In this document: piece by piece, positions 33,868 to 44,516 of the stretch
How the letters are laid out: each line of letters begins with the position of its first letter
Position numbering within the stretch: position 1 is the stretch's first letter
Assembly (NCBI GenBank): GCA_025558095.1
Contig: JAIVFI010000023.1
Location: 635,275-699,274 of the forward strand
Reading direction: 5' to 3'
From: Hyaloraphidium curvatum SAG 235-1
Lineage: Eukaryota; Fungi; Monoblepharomycota
DNA: 64,000 nucleotides
Position numbers and translations under genes: made by a program
The notes under the pieces: model-generated
Told to the model about the DNA's origin: nothing
The model's database searches: none
What the model saw: only the letters and a program-made list of their open reading frames with translations

Positions 33868-35673
33868 TCACAACTCCGTCCCCTGCAGTATCCGCCGCCT
33901 CAGCCTGACCGGGACCGCCACGGTCCCGTTTTCCCCCACCGCACCCAGGTGATCGGGCGACCAGTTCTTCAGACAGTCGCCCAGCTCCAACCCCGGCACC
34001 GCATCCGCCGCCGAGTTGGCCGCCAGCCCCGCTCCCACGTCGTACGAGGCATCGATCACCGCGCTGGCCATGTCCACGCCGTACCCCATGTCCGCCAGCG
34101 ACGCCGCGGTGATCCTCGACAGCGGGTTGCCCCCCCGCACGGCGACGTACCCGGTCATGAGCTCGTTGCCAAAGGTGGTCTCGCGGAAGTGGGAGCACCG
34201 CGTCCCCGCGCCGCCGGCGTTCTCGACGGGCACGGCGGTGCGGGGCAGCGTGTTGCGGCGATCCACGAAGGGCAGCACGGCGACCGCCTGCGGCCCGGCA
34301 AAGACGGGATCCGCGGTAGCGGGGTTGCTGAAGCAGTTGGACGGCACCAGCAAGTCCCGCAGCGTCCAGAGGGTGCCGATCCCCAGCACGTGCCCCATCT
34401 CGTGCAGCACCACGGCCTCGAGGATGCCCATGGTGGTCATGGTCGCCATGTCGGCCGAGTCGAAGGACATGAACCCTGAGAGGGGGAGAGAGTCGGAGGA
34501 GCGGTAGTACTGCGGCCCCGCGGAGCCGAGGATGCGACCGGGGCCGTCGATGGCGGGGACCTCGAAGCCGATGATGAGGTCGTCGACGAAGCCGCACGAG
34601 AGGACGGTGGCCCCGCTGTTGTCGGTGATGCAGAAGGGGATGGAAGCCGTGCGGTCCGAGAGGTCGTCCGTGATCAATGTCATCCAGGTCTGCGCGGCGC
34701 GGATGAAGGTGGCGTCGTAGGCGGAGTTGCCGCCGCACGAGATTAGCTCGATGTTAAAGACGTCGGCGGCGGTGGTGGAGGGGCTCCGCGAGGGGAAGGG
34801 CACGGGGAGGTAGGTGCAGCCGGCCCGGATGATGCGGTTGCGCGGGTCCAGGGTGGGGGTGATCATGCGCACCGTGGTCGTGGGCGTGCGGTACTGCGTT
34901 GTTGTGCGCGGCTCGACGACGGCGGGGATTCCCGTCGTCGGCGCCGCGGTGGTCCGCGTACGGGTTGCTGTGGCCGTTCGGGTCGACACCCGCCACGCGG
35001 TGGCCGCCGGCCGCCCCGAGCCTGGGCTTATAGCCAGGAGCTGCCTCGCGCCAGCGGCAAAGAACCGCACTACGCCCCGGTTGTCGATGGTGAACCGCGT
35101 CGCGGGCCTGCCGCCGACAGACACCAAAACCAAGGCCCACTCTGTCTGCCGGCACCGCAGCGAGATGCGGCCGTCGGTGCCGAACCGGGCGGCAAAGGTG
35201 GTGCAGCCGACGTTTGCCGGCAGCCGGATGTTGGAGTTCCACCTGATCGTCCGGAGGGCGGAAAAGACGACCCGAGGGTTGCCGTCGGACCATACGAACG
35301 CCCAGCGGCCGTCGGGCGAGCCGATGTCGATCTGCGTGGCGCCCGCCACTGCCGTGTCGCACAGGCGCCGGCGCAGCGCCGCGTTGAAGGCGCATCGCGG
35401 GGCGACCAATTGGCGCGCCTTCAGTAGCCCCAGCACGCCGTCCCCCTCGGCGTCAGCCGCACCCCCGGAGACCACAAAGGAAAAAGGATCGCCCGACGTC
35501 CGCGCACCGGAGTCCGCCGGTGCACGCGCAGCGACATCGTGGGGGTGCCCGGCGGCGGCGGGGGCCCATGCCGCTAGCAGCAGGGTTGCCGCCAGGAGCG
35601 CGGGGGCGAGTCGGGCGAGCCACGGCGGCGCCCGCCGCCGGCTGCCCCGCGGATCCCGGGATCTGGAGCTCAT
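33868..35673 (-). CDS. Secreted leishmanolysin (M8)-like zinc metalloprotease with a lectin-like N-terminal domain
   Basis: Signal peptide; IDGPGRILGSAGP; HEMGHVLG zinc motif; SHFRE...NELMTGY (third His and Met-turn); LSRITAASLADMGY. Confidence 0.85.
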   Translation of the reverse strand: MSSRSRDPRGSRRRAPPWLARLAPALLAATLLLAAWAPAAAGHPHDVAARAPADSGARTSGDPFSFVVSGGAADAEGDGVLGLLKARQLVAPRCAFNAALRRRLCDTAVAGATQIDIGSPDGRWAFVWSDGNPRVVFSALRTIRWNSNIRLPANVGCTTFAARFGTDGRISLRCRQTEWALVLVSVGGRPATRFTIDNRGVVRFFAAGARQLLAISPGSGRPAATAWRVSTRTATATRTRTTAAPTTGIPAVVEPRTTTQYRTPTTTVRMITPTLDPRNRIIRAGCTYLPVPFPSRSPSTTAADVFNIELISCGGNSAYDATFIRAAQTWMTLITDDLSDRTASIPFCITDNSGATVLSCGFVDDLIIGFEVPAIDGPGRILGSAGPQYYRSSDSLPLSGFMSFDSADMATMTTMGILEAVVLHEMGHVLGIGTLWTLRDLLVPSNCFSNPATADPVFAGPQAVAVLPFVDRRNTLPRTAVPVENAGGAGTRCSHFRETTFGNELMTGYVAVRGGNPLSRITAASLADMGYGVDMASAVIDASYDVGAGLAANSAADAVPGLELGDCLKNWSPDHLGAVGENGTVAVPVRLRRRILQGTEL

Positions 35674-36146
35674 AGTGGGTATAAAAGGGCGGAGCCTATG
35701 TCCGGCCGGGCACATTGCGATGCTCGGGCCGGAACAAGGTGCCGCTGCTTTGCGTCAGGCGACCGTGAGGCGCAGTGACCGTGCGCAAATCCCGCCCATG
35801 CCGCTGGACACAGCACCTCCGATTCCAGGTCGCGAGTCCCTGATTGCCGTCCTGGTGCTGGGCCAAAACCTGGACTACTACGACCGGCGCACCGTGCGCC
35901 ACATTCTGAGGGCGGGGGGCACGGGGGACGTCGACGACGCGTGCGACCGGTGCGGCGACGGCGGACGGGGAGCTTCGCCGCTGCTCGCGTGCAGGGTCGC
36001 CCGCTAGTGCGGCGCGGATTGCCAGCGGGAGCATTGGACGGAGGACGGGGAGGTCTGCAGGGACTGGCCTTGAAGGACAGAAGGATGCTGTGTGGGCTCG
36101 GTCGTCGCAGATAGATTCGTCTTGCTCAGACCAAAGTAAGTATCGC

Positions 36147-39100
36147 TCAGGCGCCCCACATCGGCAACTTTTTCGTCTCGACCGCATCCAGTCCCAGGAG
36201 CTTCTCGTACCCCGCCCCGCCCTCCACCATCCCCTCCCTCGGCGCCCGCCGCCTGCGGAGCGCCACCGCCACCGCCGCCGCCGCCGCGCAGCACGCGGCC
36301 ACCAGCGCCGCCGCGCACACCGCGACCGCCCCCGCCGCGAGCGCCTGCGAGCCCGTCTGCGCCTGTGCGGGGGCGGCCGGGACGCCGGGCTGGGGAGCGA
36401 TCGCCGTCGTCGCGCCGGGGGCTTCGGCGCTGGCGGGGATCCGCATGCCGGCCTGCGCGTCGGCGTCCAGGGAGGCCGTCTGGCGGACCGATCCGGCGGA
36501 GAAGCGGGTTTCCCGCGCCAGGAGACGCCGCCGCCGCTGGCCGGTCGCCGAGGCGACGTCGAAGTAGATGCGGAAGGTGGCGTAGAAGGTGTAACCCGAG
36601 ACCGAGTCGAAGTCGTCCGTGGTGAGGAAGGAAAGGAGCGAATAGTCCTTGGCGGCGTCATCGCGGGGGAGCATGTTGGGGGTGATCTTCATCACCACCG
36701 TGTCCGATCCCGGGGTGTAAGTGAAGTTGGTGTTGACAGCGAGCTGCGTGAGCGCGCCGGCGGCCAGCGGGCCCGCGGGCGAGTCGACGAGGGTGCTGTT
36801 GATGTACCGCCGCACCATCTGCGCGTTGCCCGCGTTGGGAGCCCGCAGCACCATGCTCCGCTCGACGCTCATCTTGGTCAGCCGCGACTCGAAGATCGGC
36901 AGGTCGGGCGAGACGAAGGTCGCCGTCAGGGTCACGGTCTCGCCGAAGAAGTAACCCCCCGAGGGCGCCCTCTTCCTCAGCGGCGCGGCCGACCGCCTGC
37001 GGAGCGCGCCGGGGCGCTGCACCACCGCCACGAGGTTGGTCAGCTGGTACCCGTTCGTCATGCTGGCCTTTTCGTTCCACGCGATGAGCACGTCCAGCGC
37101 CGTAAGGGTCTCGAGGGAGGTTGCGCCGTTGGGGATCGGTTTCCACCCGTACACCGAGTCCATGGAGGCCATCACCTGCCGGTCCGAGGTGACCAACAGG
37201 TGCATCATGGCCATCTTGAGCAGGCCGTCGTCGATGATGGCGCAGAGGAGGAGCTGCTCGTAGGCCGTCCAGACTTGCTGCTGGTAGCATGTCGCGGTCT
37301 GCGGCGCGGTGACCTCCGAGCCGCCGAAGGTGACTGATTGGAAAGAGACCATGGAGGCGTCGCCGCCGATGGGGCCGAGGGATGCGTACGGGTAGGCGGT
37401 GGGGAGGGGAGCGTTGATCGTGACCGTGGCGGGGCCGGCCTGCGGGAGGAAGGCGGAGGGTGTGAGGCGCAGATCGGACGCAGAACGCGAGAGCAAACAT
37501 ACCGGAGTCGTGGTTGTCGTCGTGGTCGTCGTCGTGGTCGTCGTCGTCGTGCTTGTGGTAACGATCGCCGGCGGGCTTCCCGCGCCGCCCGCGCCGGGGG
37601 TGGGGGACGTGCCCAGCGAGCCCGTCGCGATCGTCTCGACCTCGCACACCTTGGCCATGCCCGGCGCCGGATCCGCGAGTCCCAGCGAGCCCGCGCTGCA
37701 CGTGGCCCCGTTGCTGTACGTGCCGTAGGCCCACGCGCCCGTCGCGGGGTCCCCGTACCGCACCCGCTTGGTCCCCGCGAACGCGCACGCTTTGCCGTCG
37801 GTCGCGCACTGACCCCAGGTGGCGACCACCGTGGTCCCGGCCGCATCCGACGTCTCGGCTTCGTACCAACAGCTCTTGGGGTTACCGACGGAGGGATCGC
37901 CGAGCGCCGCGGCGACCGCGGAGCACGCGACGCCGCCCGTGTAGCTCCCGTACGCGAACTGTCCCAGGTTGTCGTTGCCGTACCGCACGGGCCGGGTGCC
38001 GGTGAAGCTGCAGTCGGGCTCGCAGGCGACCCAGGCGTCCACGGGGGTGCCGGGCTTGTCGCAGACCATCTGGCCCGTGACCGAGGCGACGGTCTTGAAG
38101 AGGGTGGAGCAGAGGTTGAGCTTGAGCGCGCCCGTGTCGTCGGCGGTGCCGACGTAGGCGTTGGCGGAGAGCACCTTTCCCTTGCAGTTGGTGGTGTCGG
38201 CGGCGCCGGGGAAGCAGTCCGTGTCGAAGTTGAAGACGTACGTGCCGCCGACCTCGCAGTAGTCGCCGATGTTGATGCGCACCTGCCCGTACTGCCAACA
38301 GAAGTCCTGGGTGTTGAAGGCCGCGTTGGAGCCGTCAGTCTTGATGCAGGTCGGGCGCTGGTACGAGGAAATCTCGACAGAGCCGGTGTAGCCGGGCATG
38401 CTGACGGGTCCGGCGGGCGCCAGGGTGAGGTTGTTGGGCCACCTAATAAGGCAGAAGGGTGAGAACCGCACACGTTAGCCCGAAATGAGGGAGCCTTACC
38501 TGCTATACATCTGGAAGTCGGCCACGAGGAAGCGTTGCCCGTTCGATTGGTCGAAGTAGACACCAGTCAGGTTGAAGTTCTTGATGCCCGACTCCTCGAG
38601 GATCTTGACGTTGGCCTGAACGTTGACGGTCGTGGGCAGGGCGATCGAGACGGGGTAGGCGTAGCGCGAGGCCTGGCGGTTGCCCCCGGGGAAGGCGTCC
38701 TGCCACTCCAGGTATACGGTGTTGTTGCGGACCTCGTAGCCGGGGCGGCTGACGGTGTCGGGGTTCGACCAGGCGCAGCCGCGGAGCGAGCGCCACGTCC
38801 CCTGGAGGGTGAAGTCGTAGCGGCAGGCCGCGGTGCTGCCGACCGAGTCCGCCACGCAGACGGGCGTGCCGTGCATGTCCTTGCCGAGGTACATGGTCAT
38901 CTTGCGGCCCGCGACGGGCTTGGTCCACGCGGCGACCGAGATGTCGGCGCGGGTCATGTTTGTTCGCGCGGCGTCGACCTGGGCGGGCGGCCGGGGGTCA
39001 ACGCTGTCCAGATGGCCCTGCCGGCACGCGAGGATTCACCTGAGGGGCGTTCGTACCGGGCTGTCCGGACGTGCAGCCCGCGAGGGCGGCGAGCTCGGAG

Positions 39101-39186
39101 CGCCCCGTCCAGGAGACGCCCTGGGCGTCCGCGCGGCCGGCGAGGGCCAGCACGGCAGCGCCGGCGGCGGCCAAGAGTCCCCGCAT
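36147..39186 (-). CDS. Type I membrane/surface protein with Cys-rich repeats, poly-Thr linker, dibasic site and C-terminal TM helix, multi-exon
   Basis: Signal peptide MRGLLAAAGAAVLALAGRADAQ; two C.F.GT..VRYG...DP..G..K.C repeats; RRRRLL; a TM helix followed by RRRR. Confidence 0.75.
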
Positions 39187-39910
39187 GGTGGGAAGGGCGC
39201 GGGCCGGTGCGATGGTGGAAGTGCGGTCGAGGACGGGGGGACGCTCGGTCCCTTTGTGCGTCCCAGGCAACCCCTAGCGGTCGCCGCGAGACCCTATCGC
39301 CAGGGCCGAGACCCGATTCACAGATCCCGCCGCCCGCGTTGCCGCACCCGCCCAAGAAGGACGCCCGGTGCGGCACGTGTGCATGAAGGAGCTGAATTAT
39401 GTCGGGCACTCGTGCCATCGTACGGGACGGGCGCCGCCTTGCAACTGCTGCGTCCCCAGCGAATACTTGGCCGCAACCGGATTTGAGCTTGCGGGCACGG
39501 GCGGATCTTGAGACTTCACTCTTCCCCGGTCCGAATTTTTGGCCGGACTCGCATTCTGCCAGGTTTACTCCACCCGGGAGCTCGCCAACGCGATGTCAAA
39601 ACAGGGGCGATCCCCGGCCTAGACCAGCGCCCGAAAGAGCCCAGCCCCCGCCGTGCCGCAGGTGCCGCAAGAGTGCTTCCGGCGCAGCAAGCAGTGCATG
39701 GAAGAGGTGGCATTTTGCTACATCTTCGTGTACTCCAACGCAGCCAGCACTGTTTTGCAGTGGGAGCGGCTTCGCTGCTTCGACACCTCGGTCCCCGAGT
39801 TTGTCGGCCGGGCGGTTGGTGCCTGGATTACATCCCATCGCGTGAGGGCCCGTGCGTCCCTCATTCGCCAAGAGCAAACAGCTCCCCCGAAACCAGCGAG
39901 CCACCGAACG

Positions 39911-40445
39911 ATGCGCCTTCTCGCCGCCCTCCTCGCCCTTGCGCTCGCTGTCGTCGCCACCGCCCTGCCGGCGGCGGCCGCGCCCGGCGCCGCGGTGCTC
40001 TTCGCCCGCTCCTGCGCGGACTGCGGCGCAGAGTCATTCTGATGCGCTTTCTGAGGATCCCGCGCCCTCACCTTCCTGATCCCCCTCCTGCCCGCCTCCC
40101 AGCGAGTACGCCCACCCCGACGCTCCCGCCGGCAGCGTCGCTTGCGTTATGCACCGTGAAGCCCGGGCCCTCTACCGCCGCTACGACGTCCCCGACTTCT
40201 CCCCTTGCTCCGCGGTCCCCTGCACCGTCACCGTCCTCTCGGACCTCGGCTCCATGGCGCCGAGCGTCTGCGAGGGTAACTGCAAGACATCCGGATCCTG
40301 CGTCGCGTACATGATCAGCCCTGTGACGTGCCTACTGTACAGCGCGTTCGGAGGGCAGGGCAAGATGCCCGAAATCGGGGACAATTTCTTCGTCAGGGGG
40401 GCATCGTCGGGGTGCCCGGCGTCCGGGACGTGCCCGCCGAGCTGA
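39911..40445 (+). CDS. Small secreted Cys-rich protein (PAN/apple-like)
   Basis: Signal peptide MRLLAALLALALAVVATA; intron ~40033-40102; CEGNCKTSGSCVAYMISPVTCLLY resembles a PAN core. Confidence 0.65.
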
Positions 40446-40852
40446 GGGGGCGGAGGGACCTGATCGAAGGTGGGCTGCATAGTGGGTGCTCGTAATCCAG
40501 TGGCTTACCGTTGTTTTCAACTGCGCTTGCTTCATGCTAGGACAGTCCGCAACGCCGATGAGGTGCTTGTCGAAACACAGTGGAACACGTGGAGACTGGT
40601 CGGTGGAGGACCGCTACATCAGCATCAAAGTATCCAATAAGACCAGTTTATGAGCATTGCAGGCTGTGGTAGTCCGTGCAGAGATAGGAATGCGACGAAG
40701 TTGCGCTGCTGGTCCGCCGTTGGGTGCGCGCCGATGCGGCGTGACGCGAATGAGTGGCGGCTGCCAACCGGTTGCTTACGTAACCTAACCACCCCATCGT
40801 TGCTGTCCGAGCGAGTTGAAGCTCCCCCGTGACACCCCGCACTCCCGCAGCA

Positions 40853-41888
40853 ATGACCGCCAAAGCCTTGAAGCGCGCCCGCACCGAGGAGGGCGCCGAG
40901 GCCGCGGCCGAGGACGCGGCCACCGCCGAAGTCGTCACGGTGCGGTTCGTCGGGACCGCCGAAGCGGCCCGCATCTTTCAGTACACGAGATCCGGCATCG
41001 TCGCGCGGGCGCCGGGCTCCATCTTTGCGCACCGTTTCGGGCCGGGCGGGCTGAACGAGGGGAAGGAGGTGCTTCCCGCCGAGTACACGCTGGACCGCAG
41101 CGCGGAGCTCTTCGAAAAGCACGTGGACCCTTACCTGCGCGGGTACGCCGGGCCAACTTGGAAGGAGTGGAAAGATTGAGCGCGTCGGATCAGCAGCGGC
41201 TGCGTGCGGACATGGAGTTCTACGGCCTGCCGGACGCGTTCCTGCCTTCTCAACCGGCATCGGTCGAACCCCTCGTCCCGCGGCTTTCCGTGTACACCCT
41301 CGGACAAGCTCTCCAGCATCTCGACGGCGCGAACTTTTCCGCTGCTGCAGCCAAGGACGGAAAGGCCGCGAAGCTTGTCCGCCTGGCTCCGACGTTCGTC
41401 ATCAGGTCCCCTTCCTCGATCATCCTGGACGCCCAGGCAAAGGCCTACTGGAACGGGGAGAAAGGCGACGACGAGATTATGAGATGTTCCGAAGTTTTGT
41501 TGGAACGCTACGCCACGTACCCGGACGACGCCGAGGAAAGCGCCTTCTGGACCGCGCTCAACAGGTTGTTTGCCCGCGTCCATGTGGGCGCCGAAGAGGT
41601 GGCTGCACAGCGCCCTGTTCCGCGGCGAGGACATCCGGGACCTCGTGAAGGCCTTCATGAACGGGAAGCAGGACATGGCGGTCCCGGACTTTCCACCACA
41701 CGTACTCGCTCCGCATCGTGCTCCAGAAACCGTACATCGCCTTCGCCATCGGCACGGCCACTTCCGGATACGGCAAGTTTGCGGTCGATGTCGTTTACAT
41801 GGACGAAGAGACGGCAAAGGGCGGAATGTATCCCGGAATGGAGCACATCCTCGGGCGTGACGACCGCTTCTTCTTTGAGAACTTGTAG
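40853..41888 (+). pseudogene. BTB/POZ paralogue, copy 2, with several frameshifts
   Basis: Clear paralogue of 29973-31052 (RAPGSIFAH.FGPGGLNEGK, ..FYGLPD, YPG.EHILGRDDR.FF). Frameshifts near 41175, ~41570 and ~41700. Confidence 0.75.
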
Positions 41889-41967
41889 ATGAGGTTCACG
41901 GGAAGAGCCATTTGACCGTTGTATTGTAGCTCAATCAAGGGTATCCATCGGCTAGCGGCCGACCCGC

Positions 41968-44516
41968 TCACAACGGCTTCCCTCCCGGCGGCCAAACCAG
42001 CCCCCTCTCCTGCAGAAACTCCCAAACCTTGCTGCTCTTGTTCACGTCCATCTTGACGCTCTCCCTCGCCGCCCTCTTGCCCAGCCCGTTCTGCTCCCTG
42101 CACCTCTCCGTGAAGAGCTTCTTGAGCGCCATGAACGACTCGGGGAACAGGCGGAGGTGCGAGCACAGCTCCCTCTCGTCCGGCTCCAGCTCCGCGTACC
42201 CGGGCAGCTCCGAGATCTCCAGCGGACGCGGGGTCGGCCGCGCGCGGGGGCCGCCGGGCAAGGCGGGGGCGTCCCGGCCGGCGGCGCCGCGGCGGCCCTT
42301 CTTGCCGGGGAGGGCGAGCGGCTGCGCGTACGCGTCGGGGTCGCCGAGCTGCAGTCCGTGGTCCTGCAGGTGCGCGGCGAAGGAGGGCATGTCGGGGAAG
42401 GTAGAGAGACCGCAGGCGGGGCAGACCATCCTGGTGGGGTGAAGATAGCGCGTGGTCAGCCATTGGATGACAGCGTCGCCGCCCGAAAACCCCACCTCGC
42501 CAGCGTCCCGTCCGCCCTGCGCACCCTCAGCTCCCCGTACCCCGCCTCGGACCCCACATCCGGCGTCCCCGCCCTCCTCGCCGCCGCCAGCATCCTCCTC
42601 GTGTTGAACTCAAGCTTCGCCACCGGCGGCCTCTCGGGCGCGCCCAGCGGCACCGCCCGCGGCTTCGGGCCGTCGGTGATCCGCACCCGCGCCCGCGCGG
42701 CGCCCTCGGGGCCAACGGGGACGCCGCACGCGACGGCGGCGTCGGCGTGGGAGGGGAAGTACCGGCCGTGGGAGATGCGGGCGTGGTTGACGAAGCCTTG
42801 GAGGTTGTTGAAGGCGATCTTGCCGCAGTCGGGGCAGACCATCCTGTGACGGGGGCAGTCAGCGATCGTATCCCGGGCGAATTGCCGGCAGGGTATACCC
42901 ACCGCACGGCGGATCCGTCCGCCAGCTGCACCACCAGTTCCCCAGACGACCCGTTGACGATCCTCCTTCCCGGCACCCTCCCCACGCCCGCCGGCATCCG
43001 CACCCCCCCGCCGTACCTCCCCGTTCTACCCCCCCATCGCCTCCCCACGTCATCCGACGCCTCGCTGGCCGCCCCAGAGGCGGAAAACAACAGGTCCGAA
43101 ACGTCCAGCTTCCCGTTGTCCGCTTCCGGAAGCCGGTAGAACGGCACGGCGGGGAACAAACCCCCCTCGTCCTCGCTCTCGGCCTCCTTCCCGTCCGCGC
43201 CGCGCTTCTTGGGGCGCAGCCAGACGTACCGGTGCCGCAGCAGGAACCCCCAAAACCCCTCCCACTGCTCCCGCGTCCAGGGCAGCCAGCTCGCCAGCAT
43301 CGCCGCGTCCTTCTCCCGCAGCCCGCCGGAGCGCTTGCATTCGTCCTCCAGCTGCACGGCAGCGGCGACGAACTGCTCCGGGGGGAGGGAGAGGTTGGCG
43401 CAGAGGGCGAATTCGCGGGAGGAGAGGAGCAGGGGTTGCGGAGGGGGGAGCCGGGGTTTGGGCGGGGTTGCGGGGGCGGAGGGGTGGGGGCTGATGGAGC
43501 GGGCGGGCGAGGCGGTCATTTCGCGGGGGGGAGGGCGGGGGGAGGCCTGGGGGGCGAGGGTGACGGTGATTTCGGGAACGAAGTGGGCGTCGGGGGGGCT
43601 GGGACCCGAGGCGGGGTCGGTGGGTGCCGGCGGGGGGGCAAGGTCGCCATCGAGGTCCATTTCGGCGTCGGGGTCGCCGCCGGACTCCGCGGGAGCGACC
43701 ATGACGGTGTCTTCCTCTTCGATCTGGGGGGAGGGATGCGGTTGTCAGCAGGAACGACAGGAAGCAACGGGAAAAGCAGCTACCCACCACCGCCTCGGTC
43801 CCAATGGCAAGGTCGTTGGGCAGCGCGGCGACGTGGTAGCCCGGCCTGCCCTCCGCCGTCGTGGTCTTCTCAAACAGGCTCGGCGCGTCCAGCTGCCTCG
43901 CCTTCTGGAAAACCCAGTGGATCTGCCGCGACACCGTGGCCGCCGGGTCCGCGTCGAACACGCGGCCTAGGTCCGGGCCGCCGGGCCGCTGGTGCTCCCG
44001 CACGGCAAAGGCGATGTCCTTTGGGGCCATGGGGCGGTTCCCGTTGCGCACCAGGGCCGCGACCACGGCCCGTACCAGGGGGGTAGCGTGCGAGGGCACA
44101 GCCACGGTCACTTTCGGGGGCGGAGGGGCGGCGGATGGTGGGAAAGCTGCTGCCACGGTCGGCGGGGCCCCCCCGGTTGAGAGGAGCAGCCCGGGGCCGC
44201 CCAGGCCCTCCGGCAGAAAGACGGCCGCCCTCTGCTGGATTTCCTCATCCACTTTGGTATCCGTCGACTCGTTGGAGAGCGTCTGTTCCGGCGCTGCGGT
44301 GCCGGGAGCCTTCGCGGGGGCCAGCTTGAGCGCGATGCCCCTGTCGGCGGCGGCCTTTCGCAGCGCCTCCAGCTCCCTCTGGATTGCTGCATTTTGGCCC
44401 CTTAAATCGAGCACGAACGGCCGCCACGCCTCGTCGTCGTCGTCGCTGTCGGGCGGCGGCGGCGGCGCGCTCGGCAGCGACGCCCAGCCGGCGGGCGGCC
44501 CCGCGCCGTCGCCCAT
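41968..44516 (-). CDS. Chromatin/transcription regulator with winged-helix, SWIRM and Ahc1/YEATS2-type C2H2 zinc fingers, multi-exon
   Basis: AVVAALVRNGNRPMAPKDIA (GDS1/HARE-like wHTH); two SWIRM-like segments (ERELCSHLRLFPESF...KMDVNKSSKVWEFL); CPDCGKIAFNNLQGFVNHARISH and CPAC...HLQDH. Confidence 0.75.

Noticed and set aside
37505-37560. (GTC/GTG)n microsatellite-like tract
   Set aside because: It encodes the poly-Thr linker of the surface protein.
40781-40790. TAACCTAACC, two telomere-complementary units (possible telomerase RNA template or telobox)
   Set aside because: A single 10-mer can arise by chance in 64 kb, and no supporting RNA structure was seen.
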